From IMG/VR virus record IMGVR_UViG_3300023197_000205, positions 1-49,456 of that record: 49,456 nt of DNA; one strand, written 5' to 3'. Under the pieces are notes generated by a model, which saw nothing but the letters and a program-made list of their open reading frames with translations, made no database searches and had not been told where the DNA came from. Made by a program: the position numbers and the translations under genes. Position 1 is the stretch's first letter. Each line of letters starts with the position of its first letter. Positions 35,382 through 43,919 of the stretch are shown here, in pieces. The DNA is from a virus. Its lineage: Duplodnaviria; Caudoviricetes.

Positions 35382-36968
35382 TTAAAACACCTCACTGAGA
35401 CCGTGTTTCGAGCGGGACAGCGTCCCGTCGGACTGCAGGTTCCGGAGCGCGATCTCGATCGCGTCGAGGCGGTCGTCGTGAGCCGCCGAGGGGAACCCGC
35501 ACCACTCCTTGGCGATAAACTGCTGCCAGTCGTTCATCGCCCACTCCAAGAGCCGGACCTTGCCGCGCTCGAACGGCGACGACATGTCGATGATCCGCTG
35601 TTCCTTGTCGCCCGTCGACGACGTCTTCTCCACCAGCAGCCCCTCGTCGCGAGCGTCCTGGACGAACCAGCGCTGGGCCTGGTTGCTCTCGACGAGCACG
35701 CGGTTGACCGTGGTGCCGAACTCGTGTTCGACCGCGGTGAGCTTGTTCTGCACCCAGCGGATCGCGCGGTTCTTCGTCATCCCGCGCTTGCGCTGCAGGT
35801 CGACCACGTAGGCCTGGTCGGTCGTCGGATCCTGCGCGATAGTGGCGAGCGCCCAGTAGTCCGTGTCGTTCCGCGCGGCTTTTTCTGGGTCTGCCTCGAC
35901 GCCGATGTCCAGTCCCGAGTAGAACCGCAGCGACCGGTCGGGGAGTTCGTCGACGAACTGCAGCATGTCGTCCGACAGGATCTGGCCCTCCATCGCGCCG
36001 GGGTCGTTCTGGTTCTCACGCTGCCAGACGAGTGTCCCCTCCTCCCGACCGTAGCCGACGACCATGTCCTTGATCAGCGACTCGGCGGGGGCCCACTCTG
36101 GCCAGAGGACGTCGACGTCCTGCTCCACGTTGACCGCGACCACGGTCTCGTTCTCCGCGTCGATCGCAGCCGTGTCGGTCGCGGCGTACCAGTGCTCATC
36201 GCCGGTGTCCTGGTGGCGCGTCTTGAGTTCGTACTCACCGTTCTCGATGACGTGCCAGTACTCGTCCGGGATGGCCTGCTCGACGCGCGTGTCCCATCCG
36301 ATGCTGCTGATGAGCTGGGAGTAGAGGTCCTCGCGGTGTTTCCGCGTCCCCAACACGAGGAACGCCGAGTCGCCCTGCTTGCTGTCGAGGTTGAGGAAGT
36401 CCTGGAACTTCTCCCACGCCACCTTACGCCGGTGCGCGGTCCGCTGTGTGTCGTACTCGACGACGTCGTCGAAGATGAGCAGGTCGTAGTGCCCGCCAGT
36501 GACACCAGTCTTGAACCCAGCCGCCTGAATGGTCGGCTCCTCGTACGTCGCGTCGCGCTCCAGTTGGAGCTGGGTGTCGTTGTCGGTGACGACCTGCCGA
36601 CCGAACCGGGGGGCCAACTGGTTGATGTGCTCGGCGATCTCCGACAGCTTGTCCGCGGCCTTGTCCGCGTTGATGGACATCAGCAGGATGCGGATGTTCG
36701 GATCCCGGAGCGCCGCCCACGTCGGGATGACGACCGTCCCGGCCTCGGTCTTGCCGTGTTCGCGGGGCATCAACCGGGCCAGGTGCCGCGGCGCTTCAGG
36801 GTAGTCGGGTGTGATCGCCCGGTACACGGCGCCGTAGATCTCCCGCAGGTGCGCCGGCGGTGCGAGGCCGAAGTCGAAGCAGGCGATCGACATCGGGAGC
36901 GGGTGAGCGAGCGGGTCCTCGCGGACCAGGCGCTCCAGTGTCTCCCGCGATGCCGAACTCGTGCTCAT
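35382..36968 (-). CDS. terL: Terminase large subunit
   Basis: Walker A PREHGKT; Walker B LLIFDD; GTRKHREDLY; GLDIG; FPSAAHDDRLDA. Confidence 0.95.
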   Translation of the reverse strand: MSTSSASRETLERLVREDPLAHPLPMSIACFDFGLAPPAHLREIYGAVYRAITPDYPEAPRHLARLMPREHGKTEAGTVVIPTWAALRDPNIRILLMSINADKAADKLSEIAEHINQLAPRFGRQVVTDNDTQLQLERDATYEEPTIQAAGFKTGVTGGHYDLLIFDDVVEYDTQRTAHRRKVAWEKFQDFLNLDSKQGDSAFLVLGTRKHREDLYSQLISSIGWDTRVEQAIPDEYWHVIENGEYELKTRHQDTGDEHWYAATDTAAIDAENETVVAVNVEQDVDVLWPEWAPAESLIKDMVVGYGREEGTLVWQRENQNDPGAMEGQILSDDMLQFVDELPDRSLRFYSGLDIGVEADPEKAARNDTDYWALATIAQDPTTDQAYVVDLQRKRGMTKNRAIRWVQNKLTAVEHEFGTTVNRVLVESNQAQRWFVQDARDEGLLVEKTSSTGDKEQRIIDMSSPFERGKVRLLEWAMNDWQQFIAKEWCGFPSAAHDDRLDAIEIALRNLQSDGTLSRSKHGLSEVF

Positions 36969-37501
36969 GAGTCCTTCCCGGTCAGCTGGTCAAGATGCTC
37001 GCGCTCCTGTTCGGACAGCTCCCGCGTGGCATCGACGTCGATGTTGCCCTCGAACTTCTCTGGGGCCGCCTCGATCACGCCGAACTCCGACGCCCACTGC
37101 CGCGCCTCGCGGAGGAACCGGTCGTCGCCGCTGCGGAGGTACTTCGCGTAGGCCTCTTTGACGACGTCCTTAGCGAACTGCTGAGCGTTCTCGTCGAAGT
37201 CCAGCGCCTGGATCGCCTCCTGCTCGCGTTCGTTGAGCCCGTCGGTGAGGAAGTCCTGGAACTTCGAGTAGCCGCCGTGCTTGTAGTTGCCGTTGTTCTC
37301 CCCGCGGTTGTTCGCTGCACCGCCGTGGTGCTTGCACCGGCCCCGACCGACGTGGTCCGTCCCGCGGCCGGGCGTCGCCTGGCAGTAGCCCTGAAAGACG
37401 CCGCCAGACGTCTTCTTCCCCATACAGTTCTCATCGGTCGGATCGACAGTCGGCACGTCATCTGACGACTCACCGATGAGTTCCTCTTCGTTGACGTTCA
37501 T
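36965..37501 (-). CDS. terS: Terminase small subunit
   Basis: GRCKHHGG (HGGxSTG-like) and GNYKHGGYS; ATGA overlap with terL. Confidence 0.8.
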   Translation of the reverse strand: MNVNEEELIGESSDDVPTVDPTDENCMGKKTSGGVFQGYCQATPGRGTDHVGRGRCKHHGGAANNRGENNGNYKHGGYSKFQDFLTDGLNEREQEAIQALDFDENAQQFAKDVVKEAYAKYLRSGDDRFLREARQWASEFGVIEAAPEKFEGNIDVDATRELSEQEREHLDQLTGKDS

Positions 37502-37520
37502 GGAGTGTCCGTGGCGGTGT

Positions 37521-37552
37521 GGGGGTTCATGGTGTGTTCACAGTGTGTTCAC
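37521..37552. repeat. GTGTGTTCAC direct repeats at 11-bp spacing between HNH and terS
   Basis: Exact copies at 37532 and 37543; degenerate copy at 37521. Confidence 0.65.
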
Positions 37553-37571
37553 GACGCCGTCCGGCAGTGAG

Positions 37572-37865
37572 TTACCGCGGCGGGCCTGAGCGGCTGGGGC
37601 CGGACGGTCCAGAGCGGCGGACGCCTCGGGGTTCCTTCGGTGAGTCGGTGTCGCGGCCGTGCTCGCCGCCGAGGTGGCAGCGCTTGCACCGTTTCCGGAG
37701 GTTCGATGGGTGGCCGTTGCCGGGATCCTCGTCGTTGTGGTGGACGTCGGCTCGCTCGGCGTCGTCGAACGAGCGGCCGCAGCTGGGACAGCGCTTGCCG
37801 GCACGGTCGGACCAGACGCGGTCGCGGTGGCGGTCGCGGGAAGGTTGGGCGTTGTCAGCGGCCAT
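37572..37865 (-). CDS. HNH endonuclease, packaging-associated position
   Basis: CPSC...DVHH...N...NL..RCKRCH...H. Confidence 0.85.
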   Translation of the reverse strand: MAADNAQPSRDRHRDRVWSDRAGKRCPSCGRSFDDAERADVHHNDEDPGNGHPSNLRKRCKRCHLGGEHGRDTDSPKEPRGVRRSGPSGPSRSGPPR

Positions 37866-38058
37866 GTTCAAGAAGGAGCTTGCGGGTGCAGTCGGGGCAG
37901 AGTGTGATGAGGTCGCCGGGTTCGAAGCCGAACTCTTTGAGGTCGCCGCCGATCCGCTTCGTGTTGAACCACTGCTCGTTGAACTCGCCGGTCAGAGCGG
38001 GGCGTTCGTCTTTCGGGACGCCGTCGCAGAACCCGTCGCAGCTGTACTGGTAGGTCAT
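37855..38058 (-). CDS. Small Cys-rich protein
   Basis: CDGFC...LCPDC. Confidence 0.65.
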   Translation of the reverse strand: MTYQYSCDGFCDGVPKDERPALTGEFNEQWFNTKRIGGDLKEFGFEPGDLITLCPDCTRKLLLEHGR

Positions 38059-38073
38059 GAATAGGTCGTGTGT

Positions 38074-38316
38074 TCAGCGTCCCCGCAGGCGGTTTTCGAG
38101 CTCGTCGGCGGTCTTTCGCGACGCTTGGGCGACGATGTCGTCGATGTGCTCCTCAGTGAGAACATCGTCCGGGAGACCGTCCGCGCCCTCCGCACCGCCG
38201 TCTTCGTGGACCTGAACCAGCCGTTCGAGCAGGTCGTTGAACGACTCGTCGACGCCCTTCTGCGCTTTGAGGAGTGAGTAGACGTGCTCACTGACGGAGA
38301 TGGTCTTGCGGGACAT
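38074..38316 (-). CDS. RHH / antitoxin-like DNA-binding protein
   Basis: MSRKTISVSEHVYSLLKAQKGVDESFNDLLERL. Confidence 0.8.
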   Translation of the reverse strand: MSRKTISVSEHVYSLLKAQKGVDESFNDLLERLVQVHEDGGAEGADGLPDDVLTEEHIDDIVAQASRKTADELENRLRGR

Positions 38317-38318
38317 GG

Positions 38319-38453
38319 TCAGTCGTGGAGGGTCAGCTTGTAGTCGACCGTGCCGTAGCGGCAGTCCGGACAGCGACCGTCGTCGGTCGTGCCGGTCCAC
38401 CCACACAGCGGGCAGCGGTCGGTGGCCAGCGTCTCTGTCTCGCCGTCAGACAT
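38319..38453 (-). CDS. CPxCG micro-protein (44 aa)
   Basis: My translation MSDGETETLATDRCPLCGWTGTTDDGRCPDCRYGTVDYKLTLHD. Confidence 0.7.
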   Translation of the reverse strand: MSDGETETLATDRCPLCGWTGTTDDGRCPDCRYGTVDYKLTLHD

Positions 38454-38626
38454 CAGGCCCACTCCCGGAGGTCAACGGGCGTATCGCAGTGCAACCAGGC
38501 GTCCCCAGTCGTCGAAGCGGGGTCGTAAAGCATCAGCGAGCCCGCGCCAGGGATGAACACAGCCGGTGGGTAGTCACCAGAGACCGTCGTCTGATGCCGC
38601 AACCCCGTTGGGTCGTCCGTGGTCAT
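38453..38626 (-). CDS. Small hypothetical protein (57 aa)
   Basis: My translation MTTDDPTG...MLYDPASTTGDAWLHCDTPVDLREWA; coupled at both ends. Confidence 0.6.
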   Translation of the reverse strand: MTTDDPTGLRHQTTVSGDYPPAVFIPGAGSLMLYDPASTTGDAWLHCDTPVDLREWA

Positions 38627-40050
38627 GGGTGGTAGTTTCGCGTGTCGATGGGGAACACCGTGGTCACGCCCTCGTCGCTCACGCCGTGGGCCGTCGCGAC
38701 GCCCTGCTCACCGCCGTCGACGCGCTCGCCCAGTCGCTCGACGAACTCGCCGGCGGGCTTGGGTGACGGGCTGAACAGCACCGGCGGGCCGTCCCAGGGA
38801 ACACGGCCGGAGACGTGGTGGTGGCCGGCGTAGGCGACGTCGAACTCGTGCTCTCGGAGCGTCGCGAGCCACTCCTTTTTGCGGGCACTCGTTTCAGCCT
38901 GGGGGCGTCGGTGTTGCCCGTGTCGGAGGTGGCCGCGGAGTTCGCCACCGCGCAGCTCGAAGTTCCGGTAGGCGGCCGCCTGCCCGATGCGGAACCGGAC
39001 GTTGTGGAGGATGTCGCCGTGTTGCTGGAGTTGCGCGACGGCGTTCCGGAGGTGCTTGTAGAGTACGAGGTCGGCGTTGGCCTGCCGGGAGGTGCCGCTC
39101 GCGCGGTGTTGGCCGTGGTTGCCGACCTGGCAGACGACCTGAACCGTCGGGAACCGATCGGCGAACGCCTTGAGTTGCCGGAGGAGCGGCGAGACGAGGG
39201 CGTCGTGTTGCTCATCGAGCCACGCGTCGAGGTCCTCGAACTGCCCCTCGTAGATGCCCTCGTTGGTCACCATGTCGCCACCCCACAGCAGGTGGGCGGC
39301 GTCGTACGTCGACGCGTGTTTCTCGGCGAGCGCGAGTGCCTGCTCGGTGATGTAGTCGATGACCGAGGGGATCTGCGCTGTCTCGTAGACGACCGTGCCG
39401 TCGTCCCGGCGGACGCGGTCGCCGGCGTGCAGATCCGTCAGGTGCAGCACCCAGTCCTCGTTACCGGCGGTCGCCTCCAGGCTGGCGTCCGGCGTCTGCA
39501 GGCCCTTGAACTCGCGGACCAGCTCGTTGTGCCGGAGCTCCCACCAACGGTTCGCCTTCCGCGTTCGGGTGCCGGTGTGCTCGCTTGACCGGAGGACGTG
39601 GTCGCCCTCGATGGCCACCAGCTCGGCAGACTCGTCGATGTAGACCTGCCAGCCCTCCCTCACCAGGTCTCGGAGATGCTGGTTGACAACCGTCTCGCGG
39701 TCCCCGAGTTCGTCCGCGAGCTCGTCGACCCTCGCGCCGGTCTGCAGCTCCCGGACGACGAACTCCTCGCGTTCGGTGAGGTCGCTCGGGTCCGGGTCAG
39801 TACCCTGCTCGACATCCGAGAGATCCGGAAGGTCCGGTTCGGCGTCGACGCCATCGGCCTCGTGCCGCCACTCGCCGTCCTCATGGACGATGTCGTGGCC
39901 TGGCTTCTCGCGGATACGCTCTATTCGGGACTGAACGGTCGTCTTCTTGATGTCGAGCTCGTCGGCGAGGTCAGCCATCGACTGCTCGGTTGGGAGCAGA
40001 TCGACCAGATCCCGCTGGGCGTTGCCCAAGTCCGCAGTGTTACCTGTCAT
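38623..40050 (-). CDS. Two HTH domains plus calcineurin-like metallophosphoesterase
   Basis: TDLH, GGD, GNHG, RHG, GHHH; N-terminal ADLADEL and DELADEL HTHs; start MTGNTAD. Confidence 0.85.
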   Translation of the reverse strand: MTGNTADLGNAQRDLVDLLPTEQSMADLADELDIKKTTVQSRIERIREKPGHDIVHEDGEWRHEADGVDAEPDLPDLSDVEQGTDPDPSDLTEREEFVVRELQTGARVDELADELGDRETVVNQHLRDLVREGWQVYIDESAELVAIEGDHVLRSSEHTGTRTRKANRWWELRHNELVREFKGLQTPDASLEATAGNEDWVLHLTDLHAGDRVRRDDGTVVYETAQIPSVIDYITEQALALAEKHASTYDAAHLLWGGDMVTNEGIYEGQFEDLDAWLDEQHDALVSPLLRQLKAFADRFPTVQVVCQVGNHGQHRASGTSRQANADLVLYKHLRNAVAQLQQHGDILHNVRFRIGQAAAYRNFELRGGELRGHLRHGQHRRPQAETSARKKEWLATLREHEFDVAYAGHHHVSGRVPWDGPPVLFSPSPKPAGEFVERLGERVDGGEQGVATAHGVSDEGVTTVFPIDTRNYHP

Positions 40051-40161
40051 CAGTGTCGAGGCGGCGGAGCAGTTCGTGGTGGAACGCGATCGCAGTGGTC
40101 TTGCCACCGGCGCGGTACCGCACGTCGGGGGAACCGTCGGCCTCTTGGTGCATGATCCTGG

Positions 40162-40488
40162 TCAGTCGTCGTTGGTCTGTGTCTGCTGCTTGGCTTCGGC
40201 GATGGCCTGGACGAGGGCGGCCCACTCCGCCATGTCGACGCCGTTGTATGCGCCCAAGATGACAAGCCCGACCGTCCCGAACCACTGGGGATAGCCTTTC
40301 CAGAGGCCGTAGAGTGTGATCGCGATGACCCCCAGATTGACGACTACCGAGCGGATGATCTTCAGCGTCTTGAGCATCTGGAAGTCACCACCGTCCTTGG
40401 AGTAGGCGATGTAGTCGTCGACGAGCGCGTCGAGACAGTACCACGGCCGATCCGTGCGAGGTCGTGAAGATGTGTGTTGTGCAGTCAT
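40162..40488 (-). CDS. Two-TM membrane protein, holin-like
   Basis: Hydrophobic segments VVVNLGVIAITLYGLW and WFGTVGLVILGAY. Confidence 0.6.
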   Translation of the reverse strand: MTAQHTSSRPRTDRPWYCLDALVDDYIAYSKDGGDFQMLKTLKIIRSVVVNLGVIAITLYGLWKGYPQWFGTVGLVILGAYNGVDMAEWAALVQAIAEAKQQTQTNDD

Positions 40489-41093
40489 GCATTTTTCAGT
40501 TCGATGGCCAGATCGTCGGCGGCCAGCCGGCGTCCGAGGTCAACGTCGAGTGTGCGACCGCGGTAGTGGTCGCGCCAGCTATCCGGCCGCCAGGGGTTCG
40601 CCTCCTCGTGGGCCGTGACGATCGTCCGTTCGACTTCCTCGAGCTCGCCGATGACCGGGATCATGTCTGGCTCGACGGTATCGGCGAACAGTGTCACGTG
40701 GACCTGCCGCGGTCGCAGCCACTCGGGAGCTCCGGCGAACGGTTTCGCGCCATGAAAACGGGCCCGCGAGGCGATCTCCGTGCGCCCAGCCCAGTCTGTC
40801 TTGAGCCCGGCGAGGGGCTGCGGTTGGTAGCCCGCTTCGGCCAGGTCTTCGAGGACCTGCGCCGGGGGAACGTCGACCGTCGCGACGTGCTCCGCGCGGG
40901 TTGCCCGGTTGGTCGCGTAGAGGCCCTCGTCGACGTTGCGGAGGGTGCGGTCCAATAGCGGGATGGCCACCCGCCGGATGGGAGACCAGAACCGGGACCG
41001 GTCGTTGAACCAGCGCTCGCCGGCGTGGGCTCGGGCAGCGACGAGCAGTGCAACGACTGCCGCGCCGGCGAGCCAGGCGATGTCGGGTAGCAT
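40485..41093 (-). CDS. Membrane-anchored hypothetical protein
   Basis: N-terminal hydrophobic helix; ATGA overlap with the next gene. Confidence 0.7.
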   Translation of the reverse strand: MLPDIAWLAGAAVVALLVAARAHAGERWFNDRSRFWSPIRRVAIPLLDRTLRNVDEGLYATNRATRAEHVATVDVPPAQVLEDLAEAGYQPQPLAGLKTDWAGRTEIASRARFHGAKPFAGAPEWLRPRQVHVTLFADTVEPDMIPVIGELEEVERTIVTAHEEANPWRPDSWRDHYRGRTLDVDLGRRLAADDLAIELKNA

Positions 41094-41406
41094 GGTGAAT
41101 CGTGTACTGAAAGGGGGCGAAGGTCGCCGGGCCGGGTTGGACCGGGCCGCCGTCTCCAGATGCCCGCTCCCGCGTTGTCCGCGGGGCCACGGGCGACGGC
41201 GGCGCTCCCGACGTGGGCTGGACGATGGTAGGACTCGGTGGGGTGGAAGCCGAAGGTGCGTTCACTATCGTGGGAGCACGCGTGTGCACAGGTCGCGACG
41301 TTGTCAGATGGTTTGTGGAACCACCGTCCAGAAACGGTCAGCCATCTCGCCGCCGTCGACCACCCTGTTCGGGCGGCCCGGACGTCATCGATGTGTCGGT
41401 GTCAGG

Positions 41407-41751
41407 TCAGCCCTGCGGCTTCCCTTCTTCAAGGAACTGCTGGATATCCGCCAGCTCGGACGGTGACCAGCGGCCAGACTCACGCGCGCGGTCCTCGTCG
41501 ATGGCGATCGGGTGGCCGGTGACGACCTCGCCCGCCGCCACGTTGACGACGATGCGGTATTCGACGCCGCCGATATCGGCCTCCAGGAGGAACTTCGCCC
41601 GACCGTCGCGACGGGCGTTGCCCTCCGTGATGCACGTCTCGACGATGTCGCCGTCGAGGTGGCGCTTGGGCTCAGAGAACTGCTGCCCGAAGTGGATGCT
41701 TGGCCGGTAGGCCGACGGCTTTCGGGGGATGCTGGGGGAGTCGGTGCTCAT
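41407..41751 (-). CDS. Hypothetical protein, possible DUF4258/RelE-like fold
   Basis: PSIHF.QQ...YRIVV...VVTGHP. Confidence 0.65.
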   Translation of the reverse strand: MSTDSPSIPRKPSAYRPSIHFGQQFSEPKRHLDGDIVETCITEGNARRDGRAKFLLEADIGGVEYRIVVNVAAGEVVTGHPIAIDEDRARESGRWSPSELADIQQFLEEGKPQG

Positions 41752-41782
41752 CGGAAACGGGTGTATTCAGCGTGTGTTCACG

Positions 41783-42433
41783 TCAGAGAACGAGTGCCTG
41801 AGCGAGGGCGTCTTCGTGGGATGCGCCCTCGATCAGCGCGTCGAAGTGGGCGTCGCGGCGGAGTCGCTCGTCGGTCTTACCCTCGGCGCGGAGCTCCGCG
41901 GTGGCCTCCTGCAGGTTGTGGGCGACCTCGATGGCCCAACGGCTGCGTAGCGTCGGGTCGGCATCGCGATGGTCGGTCGCCCCGCAGCTGCAGGTCACGC
42001 CGTTGCCGACGCGGTCGGCCAGGAGCCGGTCTTCGGCCTCGGGGTGGATGTGTCCGCGTCGGGGATCATCGACGACGTCGAGCGAGATTTCGCCGTGGTC
42101 GGCGTGCTCGGTCGCGTACTCGTAGCCGACCAGCACGTCTTTGGCGACGTTGGGGACCGCGTCGTGCCGGCACGGGCCGACGACCAGTGTGACATCTTCG
42201 GGGGGCCGCTCCACGGTCTTGAGTCGCCGCCCGCAACTGAAGCAGAACCGATGGTCGTGCCGGAGTTTGTTTAGCAGTGTCTCCGCCCGGTCGCGACGCT
42301 CACACTCCTCCGAGCACATCGCGTCGTTGAAGAAGTCGTGGGCGGCGTGGTCCGCCTCGCAGAAGTCGCACTCCCAGGTCTCGTCGGTTTCCCGGTGCTG
42401 GTCAGGCTGCTGCAGGGGGCGAGTTGTGGACAT
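41783..42433 (-). CDS. Multi Zn-finger hypothetical protein
   Basis: CDFC, CSEEC, CFSCG, CSCG...H. Confidence 0.75.
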   Translation of the reverse strand: MSTTRPLQQPDQHRETDETWECDFCEADHAAHDFFNDAMCSEECERRDRAETLLNKLRHDHRFCFSCGRRLKTVERPPEDVTLVVGPCRHDAVPNVAKDVLVGYEYATEHADHGEISLDVVDDPRRGHIHPEAEDRLLADRVGNGVTCSCGATDHRDADPTLRSRWAIEVAHNLQEATAELRAEGKTDERLRRDAHFDALIEGASHEDALAQALVL

Positions 42434-42548
42434 AGTGGTGGCTGGAAAACGACCGTCGCTCCCAACGACGGCCAGTGAACAAGGTTGACCGCGGTGCTAT
42501 CTCGTTCCTATCACGGCCGCGAACGCTCTTCAAGCCCGCGTTAGGTGG

Positions 42549-42800
42549 TCAATCTGTCCATATCTGGTACCATATTTGACGCCTTGGGTGGTCCGGGTCG
42601 GGCCGGTGGTCGACGAGTTCCTCGTCCTGGAGGCAGTTGAGCGCGCGCCGGACCGTGCGCTCACCCAGCTGCGTCGCCGCCTGCAGTTCCTCGCGCGTCA
42701 TGCCCTGGTCGCCCTCGTGCAGCAACGTCTTGAACACGAGCCGAGTGCTCGGCGGGGTTTCGGCGAGGCGGCGCGCCGGGGCGTCGGGAGAGTCGGACAT
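42549..42800 (-). CDS. Winged-helix transcription regulator (possible late regulator)
   Basis: PPSTRLVFKTL...MTREELQAATQLGERTVRRALNCL...DPDHPRRQIWY. Confidence 0.8.
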   Translation of the reverse strand: MSDSPDAPARRLAETPPSTRLVFKTLLHEGDQGMTREELQAATQLGERTVRRALNCLQDEELVDHRPDPDHPRRQIWYQIWTD

Positions 42801-42802
42801 GG

Positions 42803-42976
42803 TTACCACTCCCCCGCTCGGTTGAGGACCTCGTCCTGCGTCGCGATGCGCCAGCCCGCTGGGTCGTCGGAGCAGCCACACTGATGCGGGTTGTTGTCGG
42901 CGCTCTTTTCGATGTAGACCGGTTGCCGACAGCGGTTGCACAGCAGCAGCGGGCGGTCGTCCTCGTCGTCGGTCAT
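42803..42976 (-). CDS. Small Zn-ribbon protein
   Basis: Start MTDDEDD; CNRC...CGC. Confidence 0.6.
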   Translation of the reverse strand: MTDDEDDRPLLLCNRCRQPVYIEKSADNNPHQCGCSDDPAGWRIATQDEVLNRAGEW

Positions 42977-43272
42977 CGGGATCCCCTCCGTTTCCTGGCG
43001 CGCCGGTCGGCGATGTCGCCCTTCCGTGTGTTCGTCCCGCCGTTGTCGAGACGGGAGTAGTAGCACCTCCCGCAGATCTCGCCCCAGGAGCGTGTCGTCC
43101 ACAGCTGGGCGTGCTCCTGGCAATCGGTGCACGGCCGCTCGTCCTGCGTCCGGACGATCTCCGCGTCGACCTTGCGATGCCAGATGACCAGGACGCGGTC
43201 GGCGTAGTCCGGCGCACCGCGGTTCGCCGCGTCTTTGGCCTCGTCGAGGGCGACCTCATGGGGGGCGGGCAT
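42973..43272 (-). CDS. Zn-finger hypothetical protein
   Basis: CTDC...CGRC; ATGA overlap. Confidence 0.65.
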   Translation of the reverse strand: MPAPHEVALDEAKDAANRGAPDYADRVLVIWHRKVDAEIVRTQDERPCTDCQEHAQLWTTRSWGEICGRCYYSRLDNGGTNTRKGDIADRRARKRRGSR

Positions 43273-43306
43273 CTACAGCATCACCTCTAGGAGGCCAGCT
43301 ATTCTG

Positions 43307-43678
43307 TCACTCATGTCCGATCACCGCCTGTCGATCCTTGTCGCCGGCGTACTCGTCGAAACCGAAGGTCCGGAACGAGTGACACCGGATGCACTTGTCC
43401 ATGTCCCCGCCCAGGTCAGCGTAACAACAGTCCTCGTCGCGCCAGTAGCGCCACTCGTCTGCGTTCCGAACAGCAGGGCAGCGAGGCGTTTCGTGGTAGG
43501 TCATCGACCGCGTGTCGACCCGCAGCGGGCCGCCGCCCTGCCAGCGCTCGCGACGCTGCCAGCACTCCGAACAGAGTCCGTCGCGACTATTCACGTCACC
43601 GGCGAGGCCGCACCCAATGCAGACCGGGATATCTCCGAGGTGCCGCACGCCTTTACTCGGCATCTTGCTCACCACCAC
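43307..43678 (-). CDS. Zn-finger hypothetical protein
   Basis: CIGC, CSEC, YHETPRC, CIRC; start may be MPSK at 43663. Confidence 0.65.
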   Translation of the reverse strand: MVVSKMPSKGVRHLGDIPVCIGCGLAGDVNSRDGLCSECWQRRERWQGGGPLRVDTRSMTYHETPRCPAVRNADEWRYWRDEDCCYADLGGDMDKCIRCHSFRTFGFDEYAGDKDRQAVIGHE

Positions 43679-43919
43679 GGCCTGTTTCCGTGCTCACGTA
43701 ACGCTCCGGGGCGCTCATCCCGTGGAACAGGACTTTCTCATCAGATTGCCCGAGTTCTTGGAAGTGCTTCTCACAGACTGGCGTACCGTCTTCAGCGAGC
43801 TTTCGGTCCTCGGGCCATGTCGCCCACAGTTCTGCGAGATTGTCGCAGTCCTCGGTGTGCTGGCACCGAACTCGTCGGTACTGGGTTCGTTCAGTATCGC
43901 TTCTTGGCTGGTCGTTCAT
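43653..43919 (-). CDS. Zn-binding hypothetical protein
   Basis: CQHTEDC...VCEKH; ATGA overlap with rep. Confidence 0.65.
   Translation of the reverse strand: MNDQPRSDTERTQYRRVRCQHTEDCDNLAELWATWPEDRKLAEDGTPVCEKHFQELGQSDEKVLFHGMSAPERYVSTETGRGGEQDAE

Noticed and set aside
29137-37151. Long plus-strand ORFs (648, 714, 419, 582 aa)
   Set aside because: Antisense shadows of MCP, protease, portal and terL; Leu/Val/Arg-rich with no motifs, as expected at high GC
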